Positions 54,641-64,000 of a stretch of DNA of 64,000 bases are shown here, one piece after another. The notes under the pieces are model-generated. The model saw only the letters and a program-made list of their open reading frames with translations, had not been told where the DNA came from and did no database searches. This DNA comes from an uncultured delta proteobacterium (GTDB lineage Bacteria; Myxococcota; UBA727; VGSZ01). Made by a program: the position numbers and the translations under genes. How positions within the stretch are numbered: position 1 is the first letter of the stretch; the number at the start of each line of letters is the position of its first letter. Location of the stretch: assembly GCA_963775425.1 (NCBI GenBank), contig CAVZJB010000016.1:1216001-1280000 (forward strand), in the 5' to 3' direction.

Positions 54641-56385
54641 GCTGCCGCCGTCATCGCTGGCGCTGGCGGGAGCGAGACGACCATCGTGGTGCCTCGCCCC
54701 TTGGCGCTCGTGAAGTAGATGGCTCCGCCGTGCTGCTTGACAATCTCGTGCACGAGGCTGAGCCCGAGGCCGGTGCCCTTGCCGACCTCCTTGGTGGTGA
54801 AGAACGGGTCGAAGATGCGGGTCCGCAGGGCCTCGTCGATGCCCGTGCCGGTATCGGAGACCTCGAAGATCACGTGACCGTCCTGTTGCCTCGCGCCGAT
54901 CGTGAGCACGCCACCCTCGGGCATCGCGTCGAGCGCATTGGTGCCGAGGTTGACCATCACCTGTTGGATCTGGGTGCGGTTGCCGTGCACCGGTGCGGTC
55001 TCCGAGAGCGCGCAACGCAGCTCCACTCCCTGCGGCCGCGCGCGCGCCTCGAGCAGGGTGACGGTGGCCCGCGCGATGTCGGAGACATCCAGGCCTTCCA
55101 TCTCGCGCTTGCCGGTACGCGAAAAGACGAGCAGCTCCTGCACGAGCGAGCGACAGCGGAGCGCTTCCCGGACGATGGACTCCACGGGCATCCGCAAGGG
55201 GTCGTCGGAGCGAACGCGTCGCTCGAGCCCTTGTGCGAACCCGAGGATCACGCCGAGGGGGTTGTTGATCTCGTGAGCGACACCGCCGGCGAGCTGCCCG
55301 ATCGCGGCCATCTTCTCCGAGACCAGCGCGCGCGCCTGTGCCTCCTCGAGCCCTGCGACCATCGCGTCGAAGGCGCGGCCGAGCTCTTCCACCTCGCCGC
55401 CGCCGAGCTGTGCCGGCGCGCGGACGTCGAGGTCGCCGTCGCGCAGCCGCCGCGCGGCGCGCGCGAGGGCCGAGATCGGGCGCGCGATGCGCGCCGCGAG
55501 GAGCCAGGCGATGAGCGCGACGAGCGGCAGCACGAGGAGGGTGCCGGCGGCGACGAGGCCGACGTAGTAGCCGCCGCCTCCCATCACCTCTTGCGGGACC
55601 CACACCATGGCGCGGAGCGGCGCGGCGTCGAGCCCGGGGATCCGATCGACGTAGAGGAAGACGGGGACGTCGAGCTCGCCGCGGGCGACCGGCTCCACGA
55701 GGACGTCATAGGGCTGATACCCGAGGTACCCGGGCACGCGCAGCGTCGCGATGGCGAACCTGGCGGCGGCCTGGTGCACGTCGACGGGCGCGCCCCCCTC
55801 GAGGACGGGCGCGATGAGCTCCTTGGCGGCGTTGTGGGTCGTGGCCTCGACGACGCCGGCGGGACCGTAGAGCGCGACCTCTGCGTTGGTGGCGCTGCCG
55901 ATCTCACGCAGGAACGCCGCGTCGAGGAAGCGGCCGAGCACGAGCCACCTGCCCGGGCCGTTCGGGTCGAGCGGCACGGACACGGTGAGCGCCGCGCGCG
56001 TCCCGCACACGGTGACGCCGCGAGCGACGCCGGACGCGGAGCCCAGCGGGACCTCGTCGGGGGAGCACGCGCCGGCGGAGGCGTCGACGGCGCCACGGCC
56101 TCCGTCGACGACGGCCCAGAAGCGCCCCGCGTCCGCGTACGCCTCGAGCTCCTTCCTGTCGCCCGCCGAGATCGTGGGCGGAAGGAGCTTGGCCGCCTGC
56201 TCGAGCATCTCGTACTGGAGCTCGACGAACGTCCTCACCCCGTGCTCGTTGCTCGCGCGGAGCCATGTGCGCGCCCCGTAGCTGGCCATCTTCAGGTTGA
56301 TGCCGTGGCCGGCCGCCCCTTCGAGCAGCGTGGTCAGGAGAACCCCCCCGACAATCGCCAGCACGAGCTTGGACCGGAGCCTCAT
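54637..56385 (-). CDS. Membrane sensor histidine kinase with HAMP domain
   Basis: MRLRSKL + TM, periplasmic region, TM-HAMP, AHEINNPL, NALDA, FFTTK, GTGLGL. Confidence 0.9.
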   Translation of the reverse strand: MRLRSKLVLAIVGGVLLTTLLEGAAGHGINLKMASYGARTWLRASNEHGVRTFVELQYEMLEQAAKLLPPTISAGDRKELEAYADAGRFWAVVDGGRGAVDASAGACSPDEVPLGSASGVARGVTVCGTRAALTVSVPLDPNGPGRWLVLGRFLDAAFLREIGSATNAEVALYGPAGVVEATTHNAAKELIAPVLEGGAPVDVHQAAARFAIATLRVPGYLGYQPYDVLVEPVARGELDVPVFLYVDRIPGLDAAPLRAMVWVPQEVMGGGGYYVGLVAAGTLLVLPLVALIAWLLAARIARPISALARAARRLRDGDLDVRAPAQLGGGEVEELGRAFDAMVAGLEEAQARALVSEKMAAIGQLAGGVAHEINNPLGVILGFAQGLERRVRSDDPLRMPVESIVREALRCRSLVQELLVFSRTGKREMEGLDVSDIARATVTLLEARARPQGVELRCALSETAPVHGNRTQIQQVMVNLGTNALDAMPEGGVLTIGARQQDGHVIFEVSDTGTGIDEALRTRIFDPFFTTKEVGKGTGLGLSLVHEIVKQHGGAIYFTSAKGRGTTMVVSLPPAPAMTAAA

Positions 56386-56449
56386 GCCCGACCATCGGCA
56401 CGCCCTGCCGGATCCTGAAGCCGCTGACGGCGGTGCCGGGGCCGAGCCG

Positions 56450-56478
56450 TTGACACCGTCCCGGTTCGTTCGCACACT
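56450..56478 (+). promoter_or_regulatory. Sigma70-type promoter of tRNA-Gly
   Basis: TTGACA-17 nt-CACACT, 11 nt upstream of the tRNA. Confidence 0.65.
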
Positions 56479-56488
56479 CCCCGGCGTC

Positions 56489-56565
<77 letters not shown>

Positions 56566-56567
56566 GC

Positions 56568-56597
56568 AAGCCCCGATTACGTCGGGGCTTTTTCTTT
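56568..56597 (+). terminator. Rho-independent terminator after tRNA-Gly
   Basis: AAGCCCCGA...TCGGGGCTT followed by TTTCTTT. Confidence 0.75.
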
Positions 56598-56627
56598 GCC
56601 GCCGAGCTCCGGCTGACTCCGAATTCG

Positions 56628-56663
56628 CGTGGGACAGGGCCAGTCCCACGTGAAGTCCCACGT
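56628..56663. repeat. Putative integrase arm-type binding sites
   Basis: AGTCCCACGT direct repeat at 56642 and 56654 plus inverted CGTGGGAC at 56628, between the tRNA and the integrase core. Confidence 0.55.
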
Positions 56664-57683
56664 CGAGGACGTCCTTGAAGGCGGCGGCGTGGGCCTTGGC
56701 CTTCTCCTCGTGATCGACGTGGGAGTAGAGCCGGGTCATCTCGCTCGTGGCGTGGCCGATCATCGCGCGGGCGACCGTCTCGCCGTTGGCGCGGCGGAGG
56801 AGGTCGTTCGCGGTCCGCCGCAGGGCGTGCGACGAGATCGTCTTGTCGATGCCGGCGACCTTGCAGCAGCGCAGGAGCGGCTTCCGCAGGATCGACGGCT
56901 GGCGGTACGTGCCCTTCTGCGACGGGAACACGAGGTCCCGCTGCACGTGGCTCACGTCCTTCACCCGCGGCAGCGGGTTCTGCGCCTGCCACGCCTGTGG
57001 CGCCGAAGCAGCTCGACGACGACGGGCGCGAGAAACACATCTCGCCTCGTCACCTCGGTCTTCGGCGGACCGACGACGCCGCCGACCTGGCTGCGCACGA
57101 TGCGCAGCTTGCCGGCACTGAGGTCGATGTCCTGCCACTCGAGCGCGCTCACCTCACAGAAGCGCATGCCGGTGGACACCTGCACGACGACCATCGCGCC
57201 GATGTCCTCGGTCTCGTGCTTCGTCGCGTCGAGCAGGCGTTGAAGCTCGCCGAGCGTCAACGCGTCCTTCTCGACGAGCGCGGGCCGGGGCTCACCGCCG
57301 ACGTGATCCCCGAGCTCAAACCGTAGACCCGCCGTCGGGTCCGTCGGCAAGTCCCGCATGATCACGGCGCGCTTCACCATGGCGCGGAGCGTCGCCCACG
57401 CGCTGTGAAGCGTTGCCTTGCGATAGAGCTGCCCGTTTTCCTGCCGCAACTTCGCCACCTTCTCCATCCACGTCACGAGGTCCGACCGCTTCAAGCGGAT
57501 GAGCTCGAATCCGGCCGAGGTCGGGAAGGACGAACCGTTCGAGATCGTGGAGGCGTTTTTCGACGACGTGCTTTCGGGTCCTGCCCGTCGTCGCCGTATG
57601 CTCGAGCCATCGCGGCGCGAAGTCTCCAAGGGTCTCTTTGGTCGGCATTCCGCTCAAGTCGCGCTCGGCCTGTTCCTTCAACT
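56640..57683 (-). pseudogene. int: Tyrosine recombinase/integrase, N-terminally truncated, two frameshifts (~57508, ~56996), no stop before the tRNA
   Basis: TGMRFCEVSALEWQDID (R box), HALRRT, IGHATSEMTRLYSH (H-x-x-R, H, Y) spread over three frames; convergent on the tRNA 3' end. Confidence 0.85.
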
Positions 57684-57776
57684 GGGTGCAGATCGCCTGC
57701 TGAGCACGCCCGCGTGAGCGTGTCGATCGGGTAGATGATCGATTCGCCGGTGGGCGAGGCGTGCGTTCCTGGCGCC

Positions 57777-58094
57777 ATGAACAAGCGCATCTCCAAGAAG
57801 AAGCCGCGGAAGGTGAAGAGAGGATCGCAGATGGCGCGAGTCGAGGTCCACGACGACGTCGAACGCGCCGCTGCTGAGGCGGCGATCAGGGCTGTGCGGG
57901 AGGGCCGCGAAGCCATGAAGGCGGCGCACGACCCCAAGACCTACATGGCGGCGTACGCGAAGGTGTACGCGGGCGCCGACGACGTCGCGCGCGCCGCCCT
58001 CGAGGGACTCGAAGCCGAAGACGACGAGGAGCCCGACGTCGTCGTTATCGACGGCGTCACATTGCGGGCCGTCCTCTCCTGCGAGGCGACGTAG
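57777..58094 (+). pseudogene. ISKra4-like transposase, N-terminal fragment
   Basis: DVVVIDGVTLRAVLSCEAT* resembles this family's N-terminal region; lies just inside the left TIR. Confidence 0.5.
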
Positions 58095-58289
58095 GTGTGA
58101 GGCAGCGTCACTCAACGGTGGATGCGCCTCCTCGACCGGCAGCGGCCGCTCGCGGCCGCGGTCCGCCTCGTGCTCCTGCCGCGGCGCCGCCGCCGGCGCT
58201 GAGGGCGTTCCGAACGGTCCTCGCTGTACAGCCGGGCTGGTTGGCCGTTGCTGGCGTGCCTTGAGCGCAAGGCGCTGCTACGATTGGAC

Positions 58290-58517
58290 ATGGCTATCCG
58301 TGGACGTGTCTCCAACGGCCGCATCGTCGTCGACGAGCCGACACTACTCCCCGAGGGTACAACCCTCAATCTCGTCGTGGACGATGAGGGCGACGACCTC
58401 GACGCTGAAGAGCGCGCCGCATTGCAGGCGCACCTCGAGAAGTCGTGGCAGAGCGTCGGAGCTGGGCAGGTCCGTCCCGCAGAGGACCTCATCGCAGAGC
58501 TTCGCGCGCGTCGATGA
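58290..58517 (+). CDS. Putative antitoxin
   Basis: 75 aa, GRVSNGRIVVDEP..LPEG beta-hairpin N-terminus, acidic centre, ATGA overlap with the toxin gene. Confidence 0.72.
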   Translation: MAIRGRVSNGRIVVDEPTLLPEGTTLNLVVDDEGDDLDAEERAALQAHLEKSWQSVGAGQVRPAEDLIAELRARR

Positions 58518-59065
58518 AGAAGCGCCGCGTCGTCACGACACCGGAGGCTGACGACGATGCCCGCAGCATCGACCTCTGGTGGATGAAGAACAGGACGGCC
58601 GCGCCGAACCTCTTCGTCGAGGAGCTCGCCAACGCTGTGGAGTTGCTCGCCGTCGAACCGGGCGTCGGCATTCGCTACGCGTCCCGCGCAATTCCCGGGC
58701 TGCATCGGATGCTCCTTCGCGCGAGCCGCTACCACGTCTACTACACGTACAACGACGACATCGTGGCCATCGTCGGCGTCTGGGGCGCCACCCGCGGCAT
58801 CACGCCGGCCTTCCGCAAACGGGCCGTGTCGACGAGCTCGGCGCTCGCGACGCCGGAACACCCGACGACGGTTCCGGGCTACGAGAACCGCAACCGGCAG
58901 ACGGTGGTGCGCGCCACCGGCCTCGCTGGCAACGATCACCTGCAGCGGGTCTCCGAGCTCCGCTGCGGCGACTGCGGGCACAGCTACGGGTCGAACGGGT
59001 CCGACAACCACCAGCGCAAGTGCCCGAACTGCCAGGGCGGAGCGCCAGGGCTGCCGCTCAAGTGA
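58514..59065 (+). CDS. RelE/ParE family toxin fused to a C-terminal zinc-ribbon domain
   Basis: TPEADDD..IDLWW..NR.AAPNLF.EEL...RYHVYY...IVGVW (ParE-like), then CGDC and CPNC. Confidence 0.72.
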   Translation: MKKRRVVTTPEADDDARSIDLWWMKNRTAAPNLFVEELANAVELLAVEPGVGIRYASRAIPGLHRMLLRASRYHVYYTYNDDIVAIVGVWGATRGITPAFRKRAVSTSSALATPEHPTTVPGYENRNRQTVVRATGLAGNDHLQRVSELRCGDCGHSYGSNGSDNHQRKCPNCQGGAPGLPLK

Positions 59066-59124
59066 AACCCCTCCGGCTCGACGGGGAGCGGCGGGGCTGG
59101 CATCGTTCGCACTGAGGGGAACGC

Positions 59125-59475
59125 ATGCCGACGGTGATGCGCAAGGTGCACGGCCGACGTATCGTGGAGCGGTTTCGAACCCAGCGACACGTCGACGCGC
59201 AGGCCGCGTTGAATGTCGCGCTCTCGCAGATCGACGAGTTCGAGCGTGCGCTCGGTGCTGCGCTGCCGAAGAGCATGCGCGGCACGGTGAGCGAGCGCTG
59301 TGGCGAAGCGCGATGCGCTCTCCAACGATGTGTGTTGAACGATCCGTTCTGGTCGGCGCTGGACACCGGCGACGCCGTCGGTGCTCCGTGGGACTCGAAC
59401 GAGGAAGCCGATGATTTCGATGGCGTCGAAGCTGCGCCGATGACAGGAGCTGCGCCAGCGGGGCGCGGGGAGTAG
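59125..59475 (+). CDS. Hypothetical protein
   Basis: 116-aa ORF preceded by GAGGGG; no recognisable motif. Confidence 0.4.
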   Translation: MPTVMRKVHGRRIVERFRTQRHVDAQAALNVALSQIDEFERALGAALPKSMRGTVSERCGEARCALQRCVLNDPFWSALDTGDAVGAPWDSNEEADDFDGVEAAPMTGAAPAGRGE

Positions 59476-59699
59476 CGCTCGTGTCTACCGATGCCGCCCT
59501 TCCCTTTGAGACGGCGTGGAAACACGTCGACGAGCTACACGCGTCGGCGAAGCTCGTGGTGCAGTCGTCGGCGGTGCATCTTCTCGATATCGGCAGTTCG
59601 GACCCTCCCCGAGAGGTCGAGCCGCTCTTCGAGAAGAACCACCAGCGGAATAGCCAGGTCGCGGTCCGGCGTCTTCTACCCGCTCCACGCAGCCCCAGT

Positions 59700-60280
59700 T
59701 CCGACTGAGGTCGCGTTTCCCGTCGGGGTCGCGCTCTTCGTCTTGCCCCTCGCTGGCATCACGCTCGCGCGCCGCGCGCAGCTCGCGAGCGCGGACCCAT
59801 CGCTCGCCAAGCGCTTCGCCGTCGCCGCGCAGATCGTTGGCGTGGCCTGGTATGTGCTGCTGCTCGTCGACTACATCGTTGGTGTTTGGATGCACGGCAC
59901 GTTCTGGACCCAACACGGCTTCCACAGCGGCCGGCCGCTTCGACGCGGTCGCAGGACCGTGCGACCCGAGCTTGTCGACCGCGGCCCCGTACCCCGCCAG
60001 ACGGCAGTACCCACTGGCGTCGTGGCCTCGTGGCGGGAGAGCGCGCGCGACGAAGCCGCCGCGGTCGTCGCCTTCGCCGATCTCGCCACCGACCTCGTCG
60101 CCGTGGGCGCGCCCGACGCCTTGGTCGCCCGCGCACGCCGAGCCGCCCGCGACGAAGAAAGCCACGTGCGGCTCTACACGGAGGCCGCGGCGTCGGCAGA
60201 CGGGCGCTTGCTGACGCCCGCCGACGTGCATCCCCGTCCACGCCGTCGCAGCCGCTTGAGAACACTCGCGCTCGGCGCAA
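59700..60280 (+). pseudogene. Membrane-anchored ferritin-like domain protein fragment
   Basis: Two TM segments, GRPL, then W...A.DEAAAVVAF..LA.DL...GAP..LV.RA.RAARDEESH; the second half of the diiron fold is missing. Confidence 0.6.
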
Positions 60281-60482
60281 GTGATGCAGAGCCCCGCGCT
60301 GGCGCGCAACCCGTCAGTCAATCGGACGCGCCGCGTCGTTGGGCGAATCGACGGCAGTATCGTCGGCGTTCATTCGCAGGGGCCTCACTGCCGATCGCTC
60401 TGGAGGCACCTGCTTCCTGCGCGCGGGTCGCGAACCAACATCGGGCCCTCGACGGCGAGGCAGACGGCCGCGTGCGCTCAGG

Positions 60483-61256
60483 TCACGGGGTCTCATCCAC
60501 CATCCGCTGGAAGTCATCGCGGACGGACAACATCGCCCTATCGAGGTCGTCCCGCCGGTTCTCGGCAGCGCCCACCCGGTTCTCCCAGGCAGCGTGGCGA
60601 GGGTTCGGGTAGAACGGCGAGCCCGGCCGGTACTTCTCGAGCGTGTCGACGAGCGCCGGGTGGTTTTTCACCCAGGCATTGAAGTCTCTGTCACCGTGCT
60701 TGTCGCTCGTGTCCACGTTGGGCAAACCGTCAAATTTCTGGGACAGCACGAGCCTCGCTTGCGCTTCGGAGGCGACCACAGACGGCGTGCGGCCGTACTT
60801 GTCGGGCGCGCCCTTGGTGATGCTGTCGAGCTCGGCCTTGCTGAGGACGCCGGCGCGCTGCAGCTTCTCCGCGAGGTGGTTGCGCTCGTCGATGTCCGCC
60901 GCGTGCCTTGCGGCGGCGACGCTCGGGGCCATCGCGGGCATCGGCGGCTCCGAGGCGCGCGCCTGGGCGCCCACGACGCCCTTGCACTTCAGCGCGGCGA
61001 GCCTCTGCTCGTTGCCCGCGGCCATCGTGGCCGCGCTCGGCGGGATCCCCGTGCCCGTGCCGGCGTCGCCGGGGTTCACGGCCCCCTGCTGCAACACCCG
61101 GAGGCGGTCGAGGCGCTGGCCGGTGGTCAGGGTGCTTGGTCCCGCGAGGGTCCCGGTTCCGGAATCGCCCGGGTTCATGGTCCCTTGCTGCAGCCTGCGC
61201 AGGCGCTCGAGCTGGTCGGTCGCAGGGTTGCTCACGGCGTTGAAGCTGCTGGCCAC
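60483..61256 (-). CDS. Hypothetical protein with a two-copy N-terminal repeat
   Basis: GGAGG RBS before the GTG; QLERLRRLQQGTMNPGDSGTG / QRLDRLRVLQQGAVNPGDAGTG. Confidence 0.65.
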   Translation of the reverse strand: MASSFNAVSNPATDQLERLRRLQQGTMNPGDSGTGTLAGPSTLTTGQRLDRLRVLQQGAVNPGDAGTGTGIPPSAATMAAGNEQRLAALKCKGVVGAQARASEPPMPAMAPSVAAARHAADIDERNHLAEKLQRAGVLSKAELDSITKGAPDKYGRTPSVVASEAQARLVLSQKFDGLPNVDTSDKHGDRDFNAWVKNHPALVDTLEKYRPGSPFYPNPRHAAWENRVGAAENRRDDLDRAMLSVRDDFQRMVDETP

Positions 61257-61589
61257 GGTGTCCTCCAGAGTGTGCCCCGGTTATCGAGGCGATCCGGGGC
61301 GCCGGACTTAGCGCTGCTGGCCGATGCGAGAAGGTGCGCGCAGGTGCTCACCCGGTGCCCGCGCTCGGCCGCCCTATGCAGACGCGTGGCAGTCCGGCGT
61401 GCACGTCGACGGGCCGAACCAGGCGCCGGATCCCGCGTCGCAGTCCTCGTCCGGAGAGTCGACGATGCCGTCGCCGCACAACGGCGCGGTTGTGGCGACT
61501 TCCACCTTGTACGCCACGGAGTCGCTCGCTTCGGACAAGCACGCCGTTATCGGGCCGGTCGTCCCGAGCGCGGAGACAGCGCGTCGCCG

Positions 61590-61740
61590 GTCGACGCGGA
61601 CGCCAGCAGAGAAGCTCCGGGTCGTCGTCGACGCCAGCAGGCTCAGCGACGGCGACCTCGGTGAGCTCGTCCGCCGCGAAGGATTGCACGAGGCCCAGTT
61701 GAGGGAGTGGCGCGAGGCGGCGGAGATGCGTCTCGCTGCC
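61590..61740 (+). pseudogene. IS3-family OrfA-like transposase fragment
   Basis: TPAEKLRVVVDASRLSDGDLGELVRREGLHEAQLREWR helix-turn-helix pattern. Confidence 0.6.
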
Positions 61741-61741
61741 G

Positions 61742-61966
61742 TTCCTCAACGACGCCGAGGCGGCGAACGACAACCTCGACCTCGGCAGCGGCGCCGTCGA
61801 GGCGACGTGCAAGACCCTCGTGACGCAGCGGCTCAAGATCAGCGGCGCGAAGCGGTCCCGCGAAGGCGCTCGTGCGATTCTCTACGTGCGTTCCCTCGCG
61901 CAGAGCGGCCGCCTCGACGACGCGCTCGGATTCCATCATGCGCAGAGACTCAAGCGTGCCGCGTGA
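61742..61966 (+). pseudogene. ISKra4-like transposase, C-terminal fragment
   Basis: Manual translation LDLGSGAVEATCKTLVTQRLKISGAKRSREGARAILYVRSL...RAA*, containing the catalytic Glu motif. Confidence 0.78.
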
Positions 61967-62288
61967 CCAGCACGTGAGCTGCTCCCCTCGGTACTTGCGC
62001 CGTGGCTCGACTCGCGATCACTGCTTTGACGGAGGTCGGTCTCGCCGCACACGGTCGGATTCAGGCGCAAGGGGTCGATTGCGTTGGAAAGTCCGATCAG
62101 GCGGCACACGTCGATGCTCGGGTCCGCGGCGTCTCACGGCGCGCGTCGAGGAGATTGCCGGAACAAATCGCTTTGCGAAAACGCCACTCGGGGCGCCCAT
62201 TCTACCGTTCGCCGAAATTGTGCGTGGCGGAATTCACGCGGGAGCGAGATCGCACGCATCGATACGGCGGCAGTCCTTACCCTTTTTC

Positions 62289-64000
62289 ATGGTGCTCACT
62301 CCTGACCCCGTTTCGAAGCGATGGCCAGTGCGCATGACCTGGCGCGACGTCCTTTTCCTGCACTGGATCGTCGATCCTGCCGAGATCGCGTCGCGGATCC
62401 CCCGCCGCCTCTCCCTCGACGTCTATCAGGGGCGCTGCTTCGTGGGTGTCACGGCGTTCACCTCATTCACGTCACCGTCATACCCGGCGTTTGGTGCCGG
62501 CGGTGACCAGCCGCAGAGCGCGGCAACGCCGTTGTTCGCAAACATCCAGGTGCGAACCTACGTGAGGTACCGCGACACCCGCGCGGTCTGGGTGCTCTCT
62601 CGCAGTCTGGGACGAATTCACACCGCGGCCAGGACCGACGAGTTCACGGTGTTTCCGGTCGCCGCAGGGGTCGGCGCCGGCGACTCGAAGGAGCTCTTTG
62701 TCGGGGTCGGGCACCGCGGTGCGCCCCCCCACGTCCTCGACGTGCTCTGCGAGCCGTCCGGTCGACTGGCCAGCACGGCCCCCGGGAGCCTCGAAGGCTT
62801 CTTCGCGGACCGGAGCGCCTACTATCACGGTGACGAGGACGCGGTCTTTCGCGCCACGCTCCGGCACCCGGCCTGGCGGCTGGAGAGCGCGGCGGTCGAC
62901 CTCCGCCGCATCGACATCGGCATCGAGCTGCCGGACGTGGAACCAATCGCCCACTGCGGTCGTTCGGTTGCCGTCGAATACGTCGGCGACGAGGTCGCTT
63001 GGTACCGTCACACCGTGTGGCCCGAGGCGCCGGCCGCGCAGGCGCCGGCGAAGCCGGCTCCTGCTCTCCGCGCAGACCTCTCCGAAAGTTTGCCGGCCGC
63101 CCAGGAGCTCTCCTTCAATGACGGCGAGCAGGCGCTGTCCGTCCACTTCCCGCTCGCCTCCGGCGGGTTCGACATCGCCGACTATCGCCCGCCGCCGGGA
63201 GACAGCATTCAGTTCGACATCGACCCGATGCTGGACGACACGACGAGCAATCCCTGGGCGGCGTCCGGCGAAGACGAGGGCGCGTCGCTCGTGATGGCGC
63301 CAGGCAGCGCTCCCGTCGAACGTCGGAGCTGCTGCGCGCGCTCCGAGAACGAATCCATCGTGTTCACGCCCCCTACGACCAAACGCGGCGTCCAGCCGCC
63401 GGCGTTCGCCACCGGCGGGCGGGAGCTGCCGTCGGACTTGAGCGGGCGCATCATCGGCGGGTTCCGCATCGGGAAGCTCATCGGTCGTGGCGGAATGGGG
63501 GCGGTCTACGCCGCGATCAGCCCGGCGGGCCATGAGGTGGCGTTGAAGATCCTCGCCGAGCGCACGACGGATGCCCAGGCGATCGCGCGGTTTCAGCGCG
63601 AGGCACGCGCCGGGATGGTTGTCGACGACGTTCACGTGCTCAAGACGATCGGGACCGGATACGACCGGGGCCACCACTTCATCGCAACCGAGCTGGCGCG
63701 GGGTGGGAGCGTGCACGATCTGCTCGCCATCGTCGGCCGCATGCCGGTTCTTCTCGCGGTCGAGATCGTCGGACAGATGCTCGAAGGCCTGAGGGCCGTT
63801 CATGCGACCGGGCTCATTCACCGTGACATCAAGCCGTCGAACATGCTCCTCACCGGAGATGGTCTGCTCAAGTTGGCGGACTTCGGCGTCGTCAAGGCGC
63901 CGGACGATCAGGCGCTGACCCAGGCGGGGACCGTGTACGGAACGCCGCGGTACATGAGCCCGGAGCAGTTGCTCGGGCTCTCGCTCGACCCACGGAGCGA
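62289..64000 (+). CDS. DUF2071 (YqjF-like) domain fused to a Ser/Thr kinase; runs off the window end
   Basis: Manual translation without stops: MTWRDVLFLHW.VDP, QVRTYV, PGSLEGFF, H.AW.L, then IGRGGMGAVY, VALK, HRDIKPSN, DFG, GTPRYMSPEQ; absent from the ORF track because no stop occurs in the window. Confidence 0.8.
   Translation, partial: MVLTPDPVSKRWPVRMTWRDVLFLHWIVDPAEIASRIPRRLSLDVYQGRCFVGVTAFTSFTSPSYPAFGAGGDQPQSAATPLFANIQVRTYVRYRDTRAVWVLSRSLGRIHTAARTDEFTVFPVAAGVGAGDSKELFVGVGHRGAPPHVLDVLCEPSGRLASTAPGSLEGFFADRSAYYHGDEDAVFRATLRHPAWRLESAAVDLRRIDIGIELPDVEPIAHCGRSVAVEYVGDEVAWYRHTVWPEAPAAQAPAKPAPALRADLSESLPAAQELSFNDGEQALSVHFPLASGGFDIADYRPPPGDSIQFDIDPMLDDTTSNPWAASGEDEGASLVMAPGSAPVERRSCCARSENESIVFTPPTTKRGVQPPAFATGGRELPSDLSGRIIGGFRIGKLIGRGGMGAVYAAISPAGHEVALKILAERTTDAQAIARFQREARAGMVVDDVHVLKTIGTGYDRGHHFIATELARGGSVHDLLAIVGRMPVLLAVEIVGQMLEGLRAVHATGLIHRDIKPSNMLLTGDGLLKLADFGVVKAPDDQALTQAGTVYGTPRYMSPEQLLGLSLDPRS

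Larger units (their letters stand above)
57684..61986 (+). mobile_element. ISKra4/p-MULT-like element shell with internal cargo
   Basis: Imperfect terminal inverted repeats (15/19 match) at 57684-57702 and 61968-61986 with transposase N- and C-terminal remnants just inside each. Confidence 0.65.

Noticed and set aside
61987-62120. Missing integrase N-terminus beyond the right inverted repeat
   Set aside because: Minus-strand translations show no convincing integrase-like sequence and no target-site duplication is visible
62478-63821. 447-aa minus-strand ORF
   Set aside because: Exact antisense shadow of the DUF2071-kinase frame

Overview
High-GC bacterial window with a Myxococcota-like gene set (bacNOP bactofilins, three Hanks-type Ser/Thr kinases, PilT paralogues, GAF and two-component proteins). 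Positions ~1-56.4 kb look like core chromosome: a MacB-type ABC pair, a HEAT-PilT/PilT/kinase trio, a Xanthomonas-type acetylated arginine operon (argF'-argG-argE-argB/argC-argH), an orphan EGSCG-repeat RiPP-like precursor, mutS2, an operon of a 1848-aa multi-domain protein + alpha-2-macroglobulin + PBP1C, rlmK-like, pyrE, bacNOP, comEC, a GH75 protein, an AMIN-helix-AMIN protein, mutY and a three-gene two-component cluster. From tRNA-Gly(CCC) at 56490-56565 to the window end lies a degraded integrative element: a tyrosine integrase whose frame runs through the tRNA, a TIR-bounded ISKra4-like shell carrying a ParE-type toxin-antitoxin pair, and a DUF2071-Ser/Thr kinase fusion. Most notable: an unannotated 22-aa poly-Lys ORF followed by competing antiterminator/terminator pairings upstream of the macroglobulin operon, and three frameshifts that are all the same GATC-to-GAATC change. 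All family calls come from motif recognition by eye; no database search was run.
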